A DNA stretch of 64,000 nt. It comes from Rhynchobatus australiae (Eukaryota). The stretch lies in the NCBI GenBank assembly GCA_034780895.1, contig JAUZTB010000094.1, positions 9,645,524-9,709,523 of the forward strand, written 5' to 3'. Shown in pieces: positions 23,371-36,669 of this stretch. The first letter of the stretch is position 1, and every line of letters starts with the position of its first letter. The position numbers and the translations under genes are program-made. The notes under the pieces are model-generated. The model saw only the letters and a program-made list of their open reading frames with translations. It was not told the DNA's origin and ran no database searches.

Positions 23371-26007
23371 CATACTGTGATGTAGAATAGGCTTTGCAAT
23401 TTGAAGCAAGAGTTCACTGTAATAACTGTTTTGCACTGTGCGAGAACTGCATAGCCGTATGCAAACCATTCAAAAGGCAAGAAGTTGCACAATGGCTTTT
23501 ACTCTTGCACTGCTCATCCTGGTTGATGGATTCAAAGAGTATTATGCTTGCTTTAAAAAATGCTTGAAACAGTTGCTTGTATGGAAGCTGCTAAGGAGAC
23601 TTACACTGATTCTTTCTTGGATCTATCAGCTACTTTGAGAACCCACTTGCAAATATGGGTGTTTTGGAAAGTTATTTCCCTGCTCAGTTATCTGCTAAGC
23701 ATTGCAGTTTCTCTGGAGAGAGTATCCTTGGGGCTGTTGGACTCCCCTTTCTTTGCTCTATTGTACGCATCATGCCTTGCCGGTTAGGGTCTTAAAGTGG
23801 CAGAAAATAAAGTGTTGCATTCCTCTTTCAACAAAATAGAATTTCTGCAAGTCATCTTAGTTTGTAATGTATGGTTGTGTGAACAAAGATGCCTNNNNNN
23901 NNNNNNNNNNNNNNNNNNNNNNNNNNNNNNNNNNNNNNNNNNNNNNNNNNNNNNNNNNNNNNNNNNNNNNNNNNNNNNNNNNNNNNNNNNNNNNGGTTGT
24001 GTGATCAGCTAATCGTCGTTCCTGCTGGCAGTAGATAACCTAATACTTTTGCCCTTAAAACTGAGCAGAGGTGGATTTTCCCAATTGAATAGTCATTAAT
24101 TCAGACAGTATTTTATGTTTATTCCTACTTCTGCCACCTTATTATGAACCCAACCTGATGTCTTGGGTTCAATACAAAACACAACAGTCTATACTTTCCT
24201 TAAATACTAAAAAAAATAACAATCCAATTTTGTGGAATTTACTCATGTCTTTGAAATATGACTTCTGAAATTGGGCCATACATTTTGTAAATACATACAG
24301 TGATAAAGAGCCAGACTCACTTACTTATTTGCAGAATGGCTGTCCATTTGCCCTCGAGTTCAGGAATTGAACAGCTAATCGGCCTGAGTATACACTGATA
24401 AAATCCTGAAGTAGTAGATGATTAAATAGGGACAGCACCATGATATTGATGTGATCTTAGGCTATTTTGAGATATGGGAGACTGAAAGATTAGGCCAGAG
24501 GTCTAATGCTCATTCAGTACCTACCTCTTGTAATCTTGCTTATTCTTAACCTTGGTCTAAAGCACTTTCATAACTAATAGCCAGAAACCAGAATTTGTTC
24601 TGTTATTAATTAATTACCTGGAAAATACATAACCTATTTTGGCAGCTAATTATCCCAGATTATCATCTCTGGTACAATATTTACAAATATTATTACACCA
24701 ATCAAATCACATGTTATTTTAAATAGTGTTCATTGTGCCCCAGGTGAGAAGGTGGTGAAATTACCTACCATATAATTGGTCAGCATCGGGTTCCTGAGAC
24801 TCTCCAGTTTGCCAAGCCCTTCCCTTCTGTGGGAACAATGGCTCTACTCACATGAACCAGTCAAGATTGAAGCAAGTGAGATAGTAAAATCTGGGCCAGA
24901 GTGTTACAGCATGGTGCAATGCAGGATCTGAAACCTTTTGACAGTTACAATTTTATTATGGGATTCATTTACAGAAATGGTGGACTATCACTAGTTGTAA
25001 CCAGAAGCTTATACCAACATTTTTCTTGTTTTGTCTAAGACTTTCATCCCTCTGTAGAATTTATGCCCAAGAGATCCTGTAATTTCTGAAATCCTTAGCA
25101 AGTTCTATTTTAAGGTTATTCAACAAATACACCTTTTAATTCACGTGGGATTTATGTGGTCAGTCTATAACTATTACTGAAACTGAGGGGAGTTTTAATG
25201 GAATTCACTGGCTGGGAATTCCATGTAGTTGGGGAGAGTGCTGCTTTTACACCTTGTCCCAGTGGAGAGTAAATATGAATGGGGTGTTAAATTAGCATTA
25301 CACTTGATTTTTGTCCAGCTGCTAGGCAGACAGGTTAGGTTACAATTGAATTCTCTTTCTGTACCAAACACCATGGCCCTTAATGATCAAATCTTGTTGA
25401 ATTTGGTGTGGAGCTTCTCCAACACCTGATGGTTGGTGATGACCATACCCACCAAAGTTTCCTCCTGGTTTCTGCTAAGGTAGCAGATATTTTCTGACAG
25501 GACAGTTAGGGTACTGCAGTTTGTTTCAGTGGGATAATTCAGTCAGTATTTGTGCAATGGTTTGCTATTCCATCATCTTCAGTGGCGTTGGGTGAGGAAA
25601 AGACCTACCCAATGACGCTCACTTTAGGTTGATACATGGAAACCATCCCTTGGGAAGAGGAGAGGTTACTGATACCCAATGAGCTTGAGGAGGTGGAATT
25701 TTCTTTTAAAAAAAAGGTAGGAAAAAATTTGGTCAGGAACTTAAAGGACCATGTCTCTCTTGGTCTGTCCTGGCAACAGCCCTGACTGTAGGGCATGGTG
25801 AGTAACCTTTGGATCAAAAAACAGCTGAAACCATGGTGGGTACTTTTTTTAATTAAGTTTTATTTGTGTTGTTTCATTTTTTTCTGTCATGAAATATCCC
25901 AGAATAGATAAACATTTCAACAAAGATACATCATAGGATGGACTTAATACAAATAAAAAAAAAATTCAAAACAAATGTGTTTTTTTTTAATAGAAAAGCT
26001 TTCTATC

Positions 26008-26013
26008 TTTATT
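26008..26013 (-). terminator. Candidate distal COL2A1 polyadenylation signal
   Basis: AATAAA on - strand about 1.2 kb after the stop, followed by ATTAAA and T/GT-rich sequence. Confidence 0.5.
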
Positions 26014-26519
26014 GCTGTTGAGGAGGGGTAGTGGGTTGAGAAAAAAGTACAAAGTGACAGAAGCTTTTCACAAGGAACAAGATCATTAGTGTTGTGATGG
26101 GAATGTTCTAATCTACCATGCTTCAAACCAGTATTGCAAAATATTTAAAAACATTTGAACTATTTTACATATACAAAATAGTACATATCCTTGGTTTGTT
26201 TTGCCCCCCAAAAAAAGCCTACCTCTTTTTTTCCCCTCTAGTTACAAGAAAAAAGATTGCACAAAAGCTAGAGATGCATGGAGTTAGGGAGAAAATAGGT
26301 CATAGGAAAAAAAAAAGGATTAATTTTATCCACATGCCTAACTTTGGAAAACATAGGGGAAAAAATTGTGGTTTTCACAAGATTTGGTTGGAGATGAGAC
26401 CACACATCATCCATGTAGAATTTTTTGCTGCAATACTGATTTTGTTATTTAGAAAAATGACTGGATGTTAAGTGGGTGTTACAAACCTGTAACACAGCAA
26501 ATGGCAGCTTCGGAATCAT

Positions 26520-26525
26520 TTTATT
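26520..26525 (-). terminator. Candidate proximal COL2A1 polyadenylation signal
   Basis: - strand reads TGGTGCTG-AATAAA, about 0.7 kb after the stop. Confidence 0.45.
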
Positions 26526-26526
26526 C

Positions 26527-26533
26527 AGCACCA
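26527..26533 (-). promoter_or_regulatory. miR-29 seed match (7mer-m8) in COL2A1 3'UTR
   Basis: TGGTGCT on - strand (+ strand agcacca). Confidence 0.55.
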
Positions 26534-26925
26534 TCAAATCTTGACTGGATCCCTCTAGTTCACTAAACTGTCACAGAAGGAGGAACCAGAAGCCAAAAAA
26601 AAGTTCCTTTTTGAGAGTTAAACTGGAAATGGGAGAGTATTTGGACTTTTCTCCCCCCCATCCCAGCTTCTGTTCCTACTACTGTGTGTTTAGTCCCTTC
26701 AAGATCATTAGTGTGAGGTAGCTTAAACTGGGGAAGTTCTAGATTGTATTCCAAACTTCCTTCATCTTGATAGAAAAAGAGGGCAGGCAAAGTTAGATAC
26801 TGGAGCAGTTAGAATCTCTTAAGTCTGCAAAAAAAAAATCCACAAAAAAAAAAGCCCAGATCAACTTGTACTTTCCACATTTTTTATATCAATTGTTCTC
26901 CATGTTACAGACTGGTTTTACAACA

Positions 26926-26933
26926 TAGCACCA
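26926..26933 (-). promoter_or_regulatory. miR-29 seed match (8mer) in COL2A1 3'UTR
   Basis: TGGTGCTA on - strand (+ strand tagcacca) in AU-rich context. Confidence 0.6.
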
Positions 26934-27235
26934 TTTTTATATTTTACACAGTCTCCTGCTAGTAACCTTTTTACAGACTGGTACGGCATGAATATTAGTA
27001 ATACCTGTGCTGGTACAATCCAAGGGAGGGCCTTCAACAGATATCAGTAAACACTTTCGCCTGACCTGAAGATCTTACAGGAAAACAATAAATAAATTAA
27101 CCGTTTTCACCGTCTGTCCAGCTAGGCCATGAAGTCCAAAATGTAAGCGTGTGGATGAATGGAGTGATGGATTGGATCAGCCATTCAGTGCAGAAGTCCT
27201 AGAAGTGATTGGAAAGTACTGAGGTCCTTATTATT

Positions 27236-27382
27236 TTACAAGAAGCAGACTGCGCCAATGTCAACACCAAATTCCTGATCTGAACCACCAATATCCAAAG
27301 GTGCGACATCCACAATAGGCAGACGGGTTGTTTTCTGTGATCTGTATTCAATGACTGTCTTGCCCCACTTCCCAGTATGTTT
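27236..27382 (-). CDS. COL2A1: COL2A1 last exon (human exon 54 equivalent), end of C-propeptide
   Basis: CAG acceptor; 147 bp incl. TAA; [48 protein letters not shown]. Confidence 0.97.
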   Translation of the reverse strand, partial: KHTGKWGKTVIEYRSQKTTRLPIVDVAPLDIGGSDQEFGVDIGAVCFL

Positions 27383-27970
27383 CTGAAAAAGTATAATATA
27401 TATATATTTAGTTGTACATTCACAATACAAGTGAAACTAAATTTCTCCAGTACTGATGGTGTTTAACTTAAATGCAGTAATTGGAATCGGTTTTTCTTTT
27501 TAAAACATTAATTAACAATAATTATTCCCTTCCTCATGTTTACTCTGGTTTACCTTTATCAGTGTTTCTCTAACAACCAAAGTGGGAGGATATTCAGAGT
27601 CTCTGTCATCATTGCATTTTAGATTGCACATCCTTCGCAAGTTAGCGGGACACCCAACTAACTTCTTCCCACACTATTATTTTCAATTTTGTAGTGCCTT
27701 GCCATCATGAAACAATCCATCTTGCAACCTGTCCAAAGTGATGCACGATTTCCCCAGTACGGTAACTATAATCGCTAGATTACATTCAGATATGGCTTCC
27801 CTTCCCCAGGATGAGGCTGCAATTTCCTAATTGGCTTGTCAATTATCTTGTTCTGTAAATGATAAACCAGAAGTTCCATACCACATCCCACAGAAAACCA
27901 GTTGATGTCCTTCCTGTACCATAGTCCTATTTAATACTGTCTCTCTGAGTTACAAATTCCAAAAACGTAC

Positions 27971-28213
27971 CGTGCAGCCATCCTCCAGGACAGTGTATGT
28001 GAACCTGCTGTTTCCTTCAGCTCTGATTTCAATGTCATTGGAACCTTGCAATAAGAGGGCCTTTTTCAGGTTGCCTGTAGCTCTGTCCATATAGGCAATG
28101 CTGTTCTTGCAGTGATAGGTGATGTTCTGGGAAGCCTCAGTGGACAGCAGACGCAAGAAAGTCATCTGGATGGCAGCAGTATTGGCTGTTAGACTGCCAT
28201 CACCGTAGCTGAA
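27971..28213 (-). CDS. COL2A1: COL2A1 exon 53 equivalent, C-propeptide (COLFI domain)
   Basis: AG/GT, 243 bp; [41 protein letters not shown]...EDGCT. Confidence 0.97.
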
Positions 28214-29188
28214 CTATAAGAGAAGGGAAAGGAAGGCTCAAGAAACTGAAGAATTGCAAAAATGTTTATCATACTTAAGAATACTGTATTAGCTGAAAAA
28301 ATACAGATGGGGAAGGATCCAGATGAAGTCCACTGTCATATTTGCTAGCTGTCTCAGACAGGGCACTGCAGTTGACCTCAGCACCACCTGCATTTAGAGA
28401 GGGAGAAACTCAGAGTTCTCCCACATTAACAGTAAATAAGAGTAGCATGGATTTCTAAAGCAAAATCCACTTCAGATACTTATTGTATTATAGACACATG
28501 TTTGAAAAATCTATAGCTGCTAAAAGAGGAATTGGGTATTCTGANNNNNNNNNNNNNNNNNNNNNNNNNNNNNNNNNNNNNNNNNNNNNNNNNNNNNNNN
28601 NNNNNNNNNNNNNNNNNNNNNNNNNNNNNNNNNNNNNNNNNNNNCTAGACCAAAGCTGTGGACAAATCTCCATGTCACTATGAATGGAGTTCAGCAAAGA
28701 ATGTTGGAGAGAACAGCATTAGTATTAAACAGTACCTGAAAGTAAGACTGTTGGGAGACAGATTTGAATAAAATGAACTCCAACCACTTTATCCCTCCTT
28801 GATCAAAGGGTACAAGGATACCCAAGTGCTAAAACCAGTGCTCACATTGAGACCAGGCAAGACAGCACAGACCTGGGGACTGTATGTGGCTTATTGGTTG
28901 ACATTGTTAAATTACTCATCCAATACATTAACTGATCTGTTGGGTGACTTTAGCAGAGACTAAAGAATTACAGGAAGAAAGAGGTCACTGGAGTTGAGGC
29001 AACCAAAGAGGGACAATTAGCTTACTGTAGCTAAATGGTTTAATGTTACCTTACTGTTGTATGCATTGCTGAAATCGGTCAGCTGGTGGACAGGGTTTTC
29101 TCTCAGTATAAAGGAGAGTTACTAAATCTATAGGTGATCTATGTTCTTAATCTCTCATTTTTTAATCAATGATTATGAAGGAACTTAC

Positions 29189-29376
29189 ATGGAAACCACC
29201 GTTCATTGTCTCACCAAACCATACGTGCTTCTTGTCTTTGCCCTTGCTTGTCCACCAGTTCTTACGTGGAATACTTGCTGGGTTGGGATAGACGCAGGTC
29301 TCACCAGTTTCCATGTTGCAGAAGACCTTGATGGCGTCAAGTGTGCAGCCCTGGTTAGGATCAATCCAGTAATCAC
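29189..29376 (-). CDS. COL2A1: COL2A1 exon 52 equivalent, C-propeptide
   Basis: AG/GT, 188 bp; (G)[30 protein letters not shown]...GETMNGGFH. Confidence 0.97.
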
Positions 29377-29721
29377 CTGTGATGAAATCAGAGTACATTT
29401 GCTTGTGATCTACAAAACTCTCCCATTGAAATTCCCATTTTCATTCATTAAATTGTTATTTAGAAAGAGACAATTTAAAACAAAGCTAAACATGTGTTCC
29501 AATGAAACTAGTGAACAGAAAGTACACTGAGACTGACAGTGGGGAAAAAACAGGTGTTTGAAATGCAATGGTGCACTGGTTTGCTAAAGTACAGTGAGTA
29601 GCTGAATTCAGCAAAGATTGAGCTGAAACATTTTAAGTATGTCAGACAGGAATGAATCTCCTTTTACCATGACACTATAGGTCAACGTACTAGTGTCATC
29701 CTAATATTCAAGTCTACCTAC

Positions 29722-30010
29722 CACTCTTCCAGTCTGAGTGACAAAGCTTCAGGTCTCGGCAGGTACGGGCTGGGTTCTTCTTGCTTCCTTCTGGGCTACG
29801 AATGTTTTCAATTTGGTTGTTGAGAGATTTCAGAGTGGCATCAACCTCTGCATCGTGTTGGCGAAGGAATGGAGCAGCCTGGTCAGCCCGGAAGTATCGG
29901 AGTGGATCGGGAGCTTTCTCAGGTTGTGACAGGCCAGCAAAGGCAGACATATCAATGCCAGGTCCTGGTGGGCCAGGAGGACCAGGTGGACCAGCACTAC
30001 CAGGAGGACC
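29722..30010 (-). CDS. COL2A1: COL2A1 exon 51 equivalent: helix end, C-telopeptide, start of C-propeptide
   Basis: AG/GT, 289 bp; [46 protein letters not shown]...; the [10 protein letters not shown] telopeptide is diagnostic of type II. Confidence 0.98.
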
Positions 30011-30328
30011 CTGTTGGGGAACATCCATTGCAGCATTAAAACCTGTTACAGTTACTGAGGGAGAGATTCTAGAGGAGCTAGAGAAAGAATCAGTGGGAGG
30101 TATCTTGATTTCAACAGTAAGAAGGATGAGTGTTGACTTGGTTATATTTAGTTCTATTTATTCTTTTGTTATTTTTTAATTACTTTTTCATGTTATAAAC
30201 TTGCAAATTATGTTATTTACAACACTAGGTGTAATATTTCCCATGTGAAATTAAGTTAAAGAGACTACAATCAAGGACATCAAATGTGCCTGACATGGAG
30301 AGTGGATGGGAGATGGCATGATACTCAC

Positions 30329-30436
30329 AGCTGGGCCAGTTTCACCAGAGCGACCACGAGGACCAGGTGGGCCAATGGGACCAGGCAGACCATTAGAACC
30401 ATCCTTACCAGGTGGCCCAACGGGACCAGGGGGACC
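30329..30436 (-). CDS. COL2A1: COL2A1 exon 50 equivalent (Gly-X-Y)
   Basis: AG/GT, 108 bp; [36 protein letters not shown]. Confidence 0.96.
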
Positions 30437-30559
30437 CTGAAATGGGAGGCAACAAACACAGTTACAAACCAGCTGGAACTTTTAACACTTGTAAATCAAA
30501 ACAAAATCATGAATAGATAAACAACAACTGCTTAAGGATATCTCCTCACAGTGAGGGAA

Positions 30560-32420
30560 GGATGTAGTGCGAGAGGGAAGAATCCATTTGTTGTGACCCA
30601 AGTAGCACAAATAAACTCAGCTAAGAGTTTGAGGGGCTGGGGTCAAAACTGAAACACAGGACCACATGAGTAATAATCTCTGGATTATTTCCTTTGCCAG
30701 GAACAAAACTGGTGAAGAGTCAAAGCTTTGATTGTGTGGCTTAAACAATGGTGTGGAAGACAAAGGTTCCCATTCATGGGACACTGTCACCAGTACTAAG
30801 ACGGAGCTATTCCATACAGATGAACCCTCTTAAACTGGGCTGACAGTCAGCTCCTGGCCAAGCAGAAAAGTAGGTTTTAAACTTTTTTTAAAAATGTGCG
30901 TGTGTGTGTTGGGGGGTGGTCGGTGGTGGTGGAGTTGGTATGATGGGCTATTGGGTGAAGGTTCAGAGGATCAGAAACTTTATAAATTTAAATAGGTCAA
31001 GGCCAGGGAACAAAATAGCAATTTGGGTAACAGTATAAGCAGGTGTGACAGTATGAGGGTAGAGAGTTTAAAAATCAAAATGCATTAGTGAGCGAGGTTA
31101 AATCAAGGATGTGCATGGTGTCTAAGATGTGAGAACTAACTATTCCAGGATACTTGACATTCAGAAAGGAAAAGCAGGGAGGGTGCTAGCACTGATAGAT
31201 GAAGAATGATCAAACAGCAGTAATAGAGAATGATCCTGCCTTCAAAGTACAATCAAGATGTGAAGAATTAGGAGATAAGAAGGGACAAGAAACTGTTTAG
31301 AAACTGGCTTACAAAGTCACCAATATCAGTTACACAGTTAGAGAGACTATTAATCAAGAAATAACAGGAGCCTGCAGGAAAGGGTAATACAATAATTAAT
31401 GCGTGTTTAATCTTCATAAAATGGACAGAAGTAATGTGGAAGATGGGTTTATAGAATCCATTCAGGAGTTTCTGGAGCAAAATGTCATGGAACCAGTTAC
31501 AGAACAGGCCGTTTTAGATCTTGTTTTGTGAAAAGAGAAAGGTTAAGTAGTAATCTCATGGTATGGGATTCTCTAGTGAAAAGGGAAAACAAAATTATAA
31601 TGCAGAATAAGGAAATGGTCGAGATATTAAACAAGTATTTTACCTTTGTGTTCACATTAGAAGGCATAAAGAATGTACTAGAACTCTTGGGCAATAAGAA
31701 TCTAATGACAGCAAAGAACTTAGTCAAAATGAGTAAAGGGGAAGTACTGAAGAAATCAAAGGGACTAAAAGCTAACAAATCTATCTCCTGGACCAGATAT
31801 ACGACTGCATCCTAGAGCTGAAAGGTAAATGGCTGTACTGATAACAGATGCATCACTGGTAATCTTCCAAAGTTCCCTGGAATCTAGAATGGCCCCAATG
31901 GATTGGAAAGTGACACACGCGACACGACGACTTGTGAAAGGAGGGAGAAAGAAGACTGAGAACTTTGGGCCAGTCAGCTGTCATCAGTTGTCAGGAAAAT
32001 GCTAGAATCTGTTGTTAAAGAGGTGGGAATAGATCATTAGAAAATTGTTTATTATTACGCAGCATCAACTTGGTTTTATGAAAGAGAGATCAACCTATGT
32101 TAGAGAGTGAAATGAAAGGACAAAGTCTAATATATACAAGTTTGCTAGTGATACAAACCTATGTATGATAGTAAGATGTGAGGAGAATACAAGTCCTAGA
32201 CTGGAAAGTCTAGGACTAGTGGACACTGTCTAGGGATACAAGGATACCATTTGGGACTCGGACAAGAAGTTTCTTGGAGAAAACTTTTGGAATTCTCTAC
32301 ATCAGGCAGCTGTGGATGGTGAGTGGTTGAGTAAATTCAAGGCTGGGATCAATAGATTTTTGGATACTAGGCAAATCATGGGATATAGGGATTGGGTGAG
32401 AATGTAAACTTCAGGTAGAA
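30560..32420 (+). mobile_element. Heavily deleted CR1 LINE (ORF1, endonuclease, RT and 3' remnants)
   Basis: QNKEMVEILNKYFTFVFTLE, LKGLKANKS, gattggaaagtgac, aagtttgctagtgatac and the CR1 3' end aattcaaggctgggatcaatagattttt. Confidence 0.75.
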
Positions 32421-32809
32421 ATGTTCCAATGCACTTGGTGCAAATGTTATCAAACTAAAAATTTAATACCAAACCACAGATACCAGGATAGAAGGACAAA
32501 GGCTTGCCAAAGAGGAACATTTCAAGTGGCTGAGGGGGTAAGAAAGGTAGTAAAGTGGAGTTTAGAGTCTAGGTATAACTGCCAATACTGTAATTATTAA
32601 AATCAGGAGAGAACAAGAGACCAGAGTTCAAGGAGCAAAAAGAATTGTGGGGTTAAGTCATATTATGTAATATATTGTATCTGATTATAGTATATAGTAC
32701 GATATAATGCAGATTGAACATCTTCAATATTACTAAGATGGGGTGAAGACCAATACAATGGATTGTTGTTTTCAAGATTTTATTTGTATTGTTCTCATTA
32801 TGAAGATGA

Positions 32810-33120
32810 TACTGGTAAGACTGCCTTGCTTGTCCCAAATTGTCAATACTGATGGTTTTTCTAGCTGAGCCATTTCAAAGAACCTGAGGCACACTGTGAC
32901 ACTGGAGTCACATGTACACCAGACCAGGTAGGGGTGGTATAATCCTAGCCCCAAATGATCCAGTTATGATATTGCAACACTTGGGCAGTGTACATGGTGA
33001 ATTTTCCTGATACCAGGCCACAAGTGACCAGATTTCAGTACTTGTCCTTGTGTGATTTTAATTTGGCATCTCCATATTGCTTTACCAGGACCACAATCAC
33101 CAAGCTACCATATCCACTAA
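32810..33120 (-). mobile_element. SINE fragment (family of 21597)
   Basis: ctggagtcacatgtacaccagaccaggta is the reverse of the family core. Confidence 0.5.
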
Positions 33121-33359
33121 ATAGTACAAATTCAAGATAACATCAGTTTTTAATCTGAAGTGAGTTGCATGTTTTGGACAAGCTTTGATCTTGAGGAGCT
33201 ACATTGGGACAGCATTTAAAAATGGTGATATTTGGAGAGTGTATGTTATGGTACTTATCCTTACCAGTCTTTACCCATAATTTCTGCTCTGGAGGTGTAT
33301 TTTCTGCATTGTGTTTTGCTTAAAGAAAATCTAATGCAAAACTGAAAGTTAATACTCAC

Positions 33360-33413
33360 TCTAGGACCAGCAGGACCAGCAGCACCAACAGCACCTTGAT
33401 CACCAGCAGGGCC
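33360..33413 (-). CDS. COL2A1: COL2A1 exon 49 equivalent
   Basis: AG/GT, 54 bp; GPAGDQGAVGAAGPAGPR. Confidence 0.96.
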
Positions 33414-34039
33414 CTGGAAAAAGAAAGAAAGCATCAAAGTTACATATTCACAATAAGTATGTAATAATAGAGTGAACTACACACAATGGTGAATACCAGG
33501 TAAACAGCAAGACATTCTCTGATATGTGAGCACAGTCTCACCTTTAAGAGGTTCAAACTCTCATAAACCAGCTGGGCAGTGGGTAGAATTTGGACAGGAT
33601 CCAACCTATTGTCCTCTGTTGAAATTTACAGCGCAAGTGAGGACTGGTCAAGATGCCAATAAGGGCAAGAGGCAAATTGATGTGTTTTGGAGGAAGGATG
33701 AGAGGATGTAATGAGGGGTAGGTAGGAGGTGGGTTGATCTATTAACTAAGAGGTTGGCTTTTTGACCTTAATTGTTCCTGTTTTAGAGTTCTTTTAAAAT
33801 GAGAGACAAAATAATAAAAATGCAAATAGTTCCTGAGGAACTGCAGAAAAAAAAACTTGCATCCAAAAATAGATGTTTATAGTTTNNNNNNNNNNNNNNN
33901 NNNNNNNNNNNNNNNNNNNNNNNNNNNNNNNNNNNNNNNNNNNNNNNNNNNNNNNNNNNNNNNNNNNNNNNNNNNNNNNNNNNNNCATCCAAAAATAGAT
34001 GTTTATAGTTTTACAACCCTATATAAGAGAAGCCACAAT

Positions 34040-34290
34040 GTTTATTTTTTCATCCATGCACAGGCTATCACTGGAAGGACCCACAGTTAATGCCAATCCC
34101 TCCCTAACTACCCTTGAACTGAGTGGCCTGCTGAGCTATTTTGGAGGACTGTTCAGAGCCAGTTACATTGGTGTGGGTGTGGAGTCACTGTGTAAGGACA
34201 ACAGATTTTCCTCTCTGAAGGTCATCAGTGAATCAGAATGTTTTTCTAAGACAATCTGGTAATTTTATGGTCAACATGACACTAGACTTG
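34040..34290 (-). mobile_element. SINE fragment (family of 21597)
   Basis: cccttgaactgagtggcctgct...tggagtcac...taaggacaacagattttcct...agtgaatcag. Confidence 0.55.
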
Positions 34291-35109
34291 AACTTTTGTC
34301 TATCAACTATACTGTTAAGTTAGAGTAGAGTACAATGATACCATGGTCACAGAAGGCCATGGATTCCTTCAGCCTAGTAAACAGAAACTAATCCTGTGTT
34401 CCTAACAACTTTGGAGAAGTCAAGGGTATGTACATGAGAAGGTGCAGGCCATTTCCAGTGGGATGTAATCCACCACCAAGCTATGCTAAACAAAATGTTG
34501 ACAATTCCTTTACCCTCACAAATGATGCTAGGCCCTCTGAGTTCCATCAGCAATTTGCTTTTTGCTGCAGATTCCAGAATCAGCATTTGCAATCTCGATG
34601 CTGAACATATGCCAACTTCAGGTATTACATTCATCCTTAACAATAGTAATTAATAACCAATTTCTTAATATTCTCCTTTAATTTTGCCTCTTCCACCCTT
34701 GTTGCAATTTGGTTCCATAGGTGAAGGATACCCTTGAACTTCTCAACCAGATGCCCATCCTTGAGGCAATGAATGTGAAGGGTGAGGATGGGGTTAAGCA
34801 GACTTTCCAACAAAACTCAATCCTGTCTATAACTTATATCCAGACTTGAACTTCACAGTGTAGGATCACAGGATACTACACAGGAGCTAGAATTTTGAAT
34901 AATTTCCTCCCTCCTAAGGGGCTGGATCCAACTGTTGAGCCCCAAATAACTGAACTTAATACAGAAGGGTTGGTGAGACTGGGTCCTTCTGGTTTGGCTC
35001 TGTTACACACTGGCTTTACCAACTAAGTGTCAGCTGGGTCTTGATTCCTTTTATCAGTTGGATATAAAAAATGATGTTCTCACAGCTAAGGTGGTGTCAC
35101 CAACAATGA

Positions 35110-35370
35110 ATTTCTGCCTCATTAAAATCAAAGCCCTGCCTGCCTCTTCAGATACATTGCTAATCCTGTGGCACCATCAAAAGGTGATCAAGAGAGTTCT
35201 CCTGGTGTCCTAACAAATTTCTCCAAAAACAATTTTTGTGGCTATTATTTTCATTTAATGTTTGCGGGATTTTGCTGAGTGCAATTTGGTTGTCTAATTT
35301 CAAAATAATTCATTGAATGTGAAGTGTTTTGTTTTCCCAGTATATGATGAGATGCAATATAAATGCAAAT
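35110..35370 (+). mobile_element. DeuSINE/SacSINE1-like SINE
   Basis: atcctgtggcac...gagttctcctggtgtcct...tgtttgcgggattttgctgagtgcaatttgg...tataaatgcaa. Confidence 0.6.
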
Positions 35371-35497
35371 GTTTGTACCTTTACAAACTGGATGATAGAT
35401 TAGATAACATGTAGGACCCTCTGCAAACTGAAAGGGATTTGTNNNNNNNNNNNNNNNNNNNNNNNNNNNNNNNNNNNNNNNNNNNNNNNNNNNNNNN

Positions 35498-35623
<126 letters not shown>

Positions 35624-36242
35624 TTAAGTTCAAGAGGTTAAAACAGGCTTGTCATCAAGTCCCACTGCTGGAATGAGGCTCCCATTTTGAGCTAGAACTG
35701 TATCAATGTTTTACAATTAGAAACACCATTATGTATTCCTGAAAATAACAACATGACAATGTGACTTCACATGTTTTGGTGAAACTGAATTGGGCATTAT
35801 CTTAATCAAGGCATAAAAAATAAAATATTATACTTCAATGTTATTCAAAATCCCTATATCTTTTTAATGAGCTTGTGCTCAAACACTCTCCCATAAACTT
35901 CACTTAGATTGTCTGGATATTAGTTAAAAGTGAGGTACCCACACCATTGTAGGATTGGAGCTTTCCTCTGGATGGTGAAAAGACATATTCCATCTTCCCA
36001 AAATGTCTTTCTGTGAAGCAATTTTGTGCTAATACTAAAAGAGGAAGCTCCGAAACACGACCTTATTTCTCCAGTGACAAGCATTACCTCAGCATGGTGC
36101 AACTCCTGACGCAATAAGATTGCTCTTTCCCATTGAAGTTAAACCTAAATTTTTAACCCAGACTTTTACCATATTCAACCTGATTGCCTGAACAAACCCA
36201 CCACATAATTATAGAAAATATTAAATTACAAAGATTACTCAC

Positions 36243-36299
36243 GGGCATACCACGAGCGCCAGCAGGGCCAGAAGGACCCNNNNNNNNNNCTTGAGCACC
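36243..36299 (-). CDS. COL2A1: COL2A1 exon 47 equivalent (contains a 10-N gap; expected true size 54 bp)
   Basis: AG/GT; GAQ[G..]GPSGPAGARGMP; span is 57 bp with the N placeholder. Confidence 0.92.
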
Positions 36300-36522
36300 C
36301 TAAATCAAAGGAAAATAATTGTATTAGTTGTTAATAAAATACAACCAGAATAAATGGTCAATACAAAGATTGCTATATTTTTGCTATGTAAGTAAATCAA
36401 TGTAAACAATTTAAACAATTCAGTATTTAAAATCTTTGTGATGGATGCAGCCAGTTTTACATATTGTTGAATGGCTACTGTAAGTTAAATAGTATAGATG
36501 TTCTGAAGCCACAGCTACTTAC

Positions 36523-36630
36523 AGGTTCACCTCTGTTTCCTTGTTTGCCAGTTGGGCCAACAGGACCTGGAGCACCAGGGGCACCAGGAGNNNNNNNNNN
36601 NNNNNNNNNNNNNNTCTGACCTCGCTCACC
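36523..36630 (-). CDS. COL2A1: COL2A1 exon 46 equivalent (contains a 24-N gap)
   Basis: AG/GT, 108 bp; GERGQ...PGAPGAPGPVGPTGKQGNRGEP. Confidence 0.93.
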
Positions 36631-36669
36631 CTGTTAGGAAGAACAGAAAGTCATCACCAACCATTCACC

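Noticed and set aside
29141-30520. + strand ORFs of 63-132 aa in the ORF track
   Set aside because: They are antisense shadows of COL2A1 exons 50-52.
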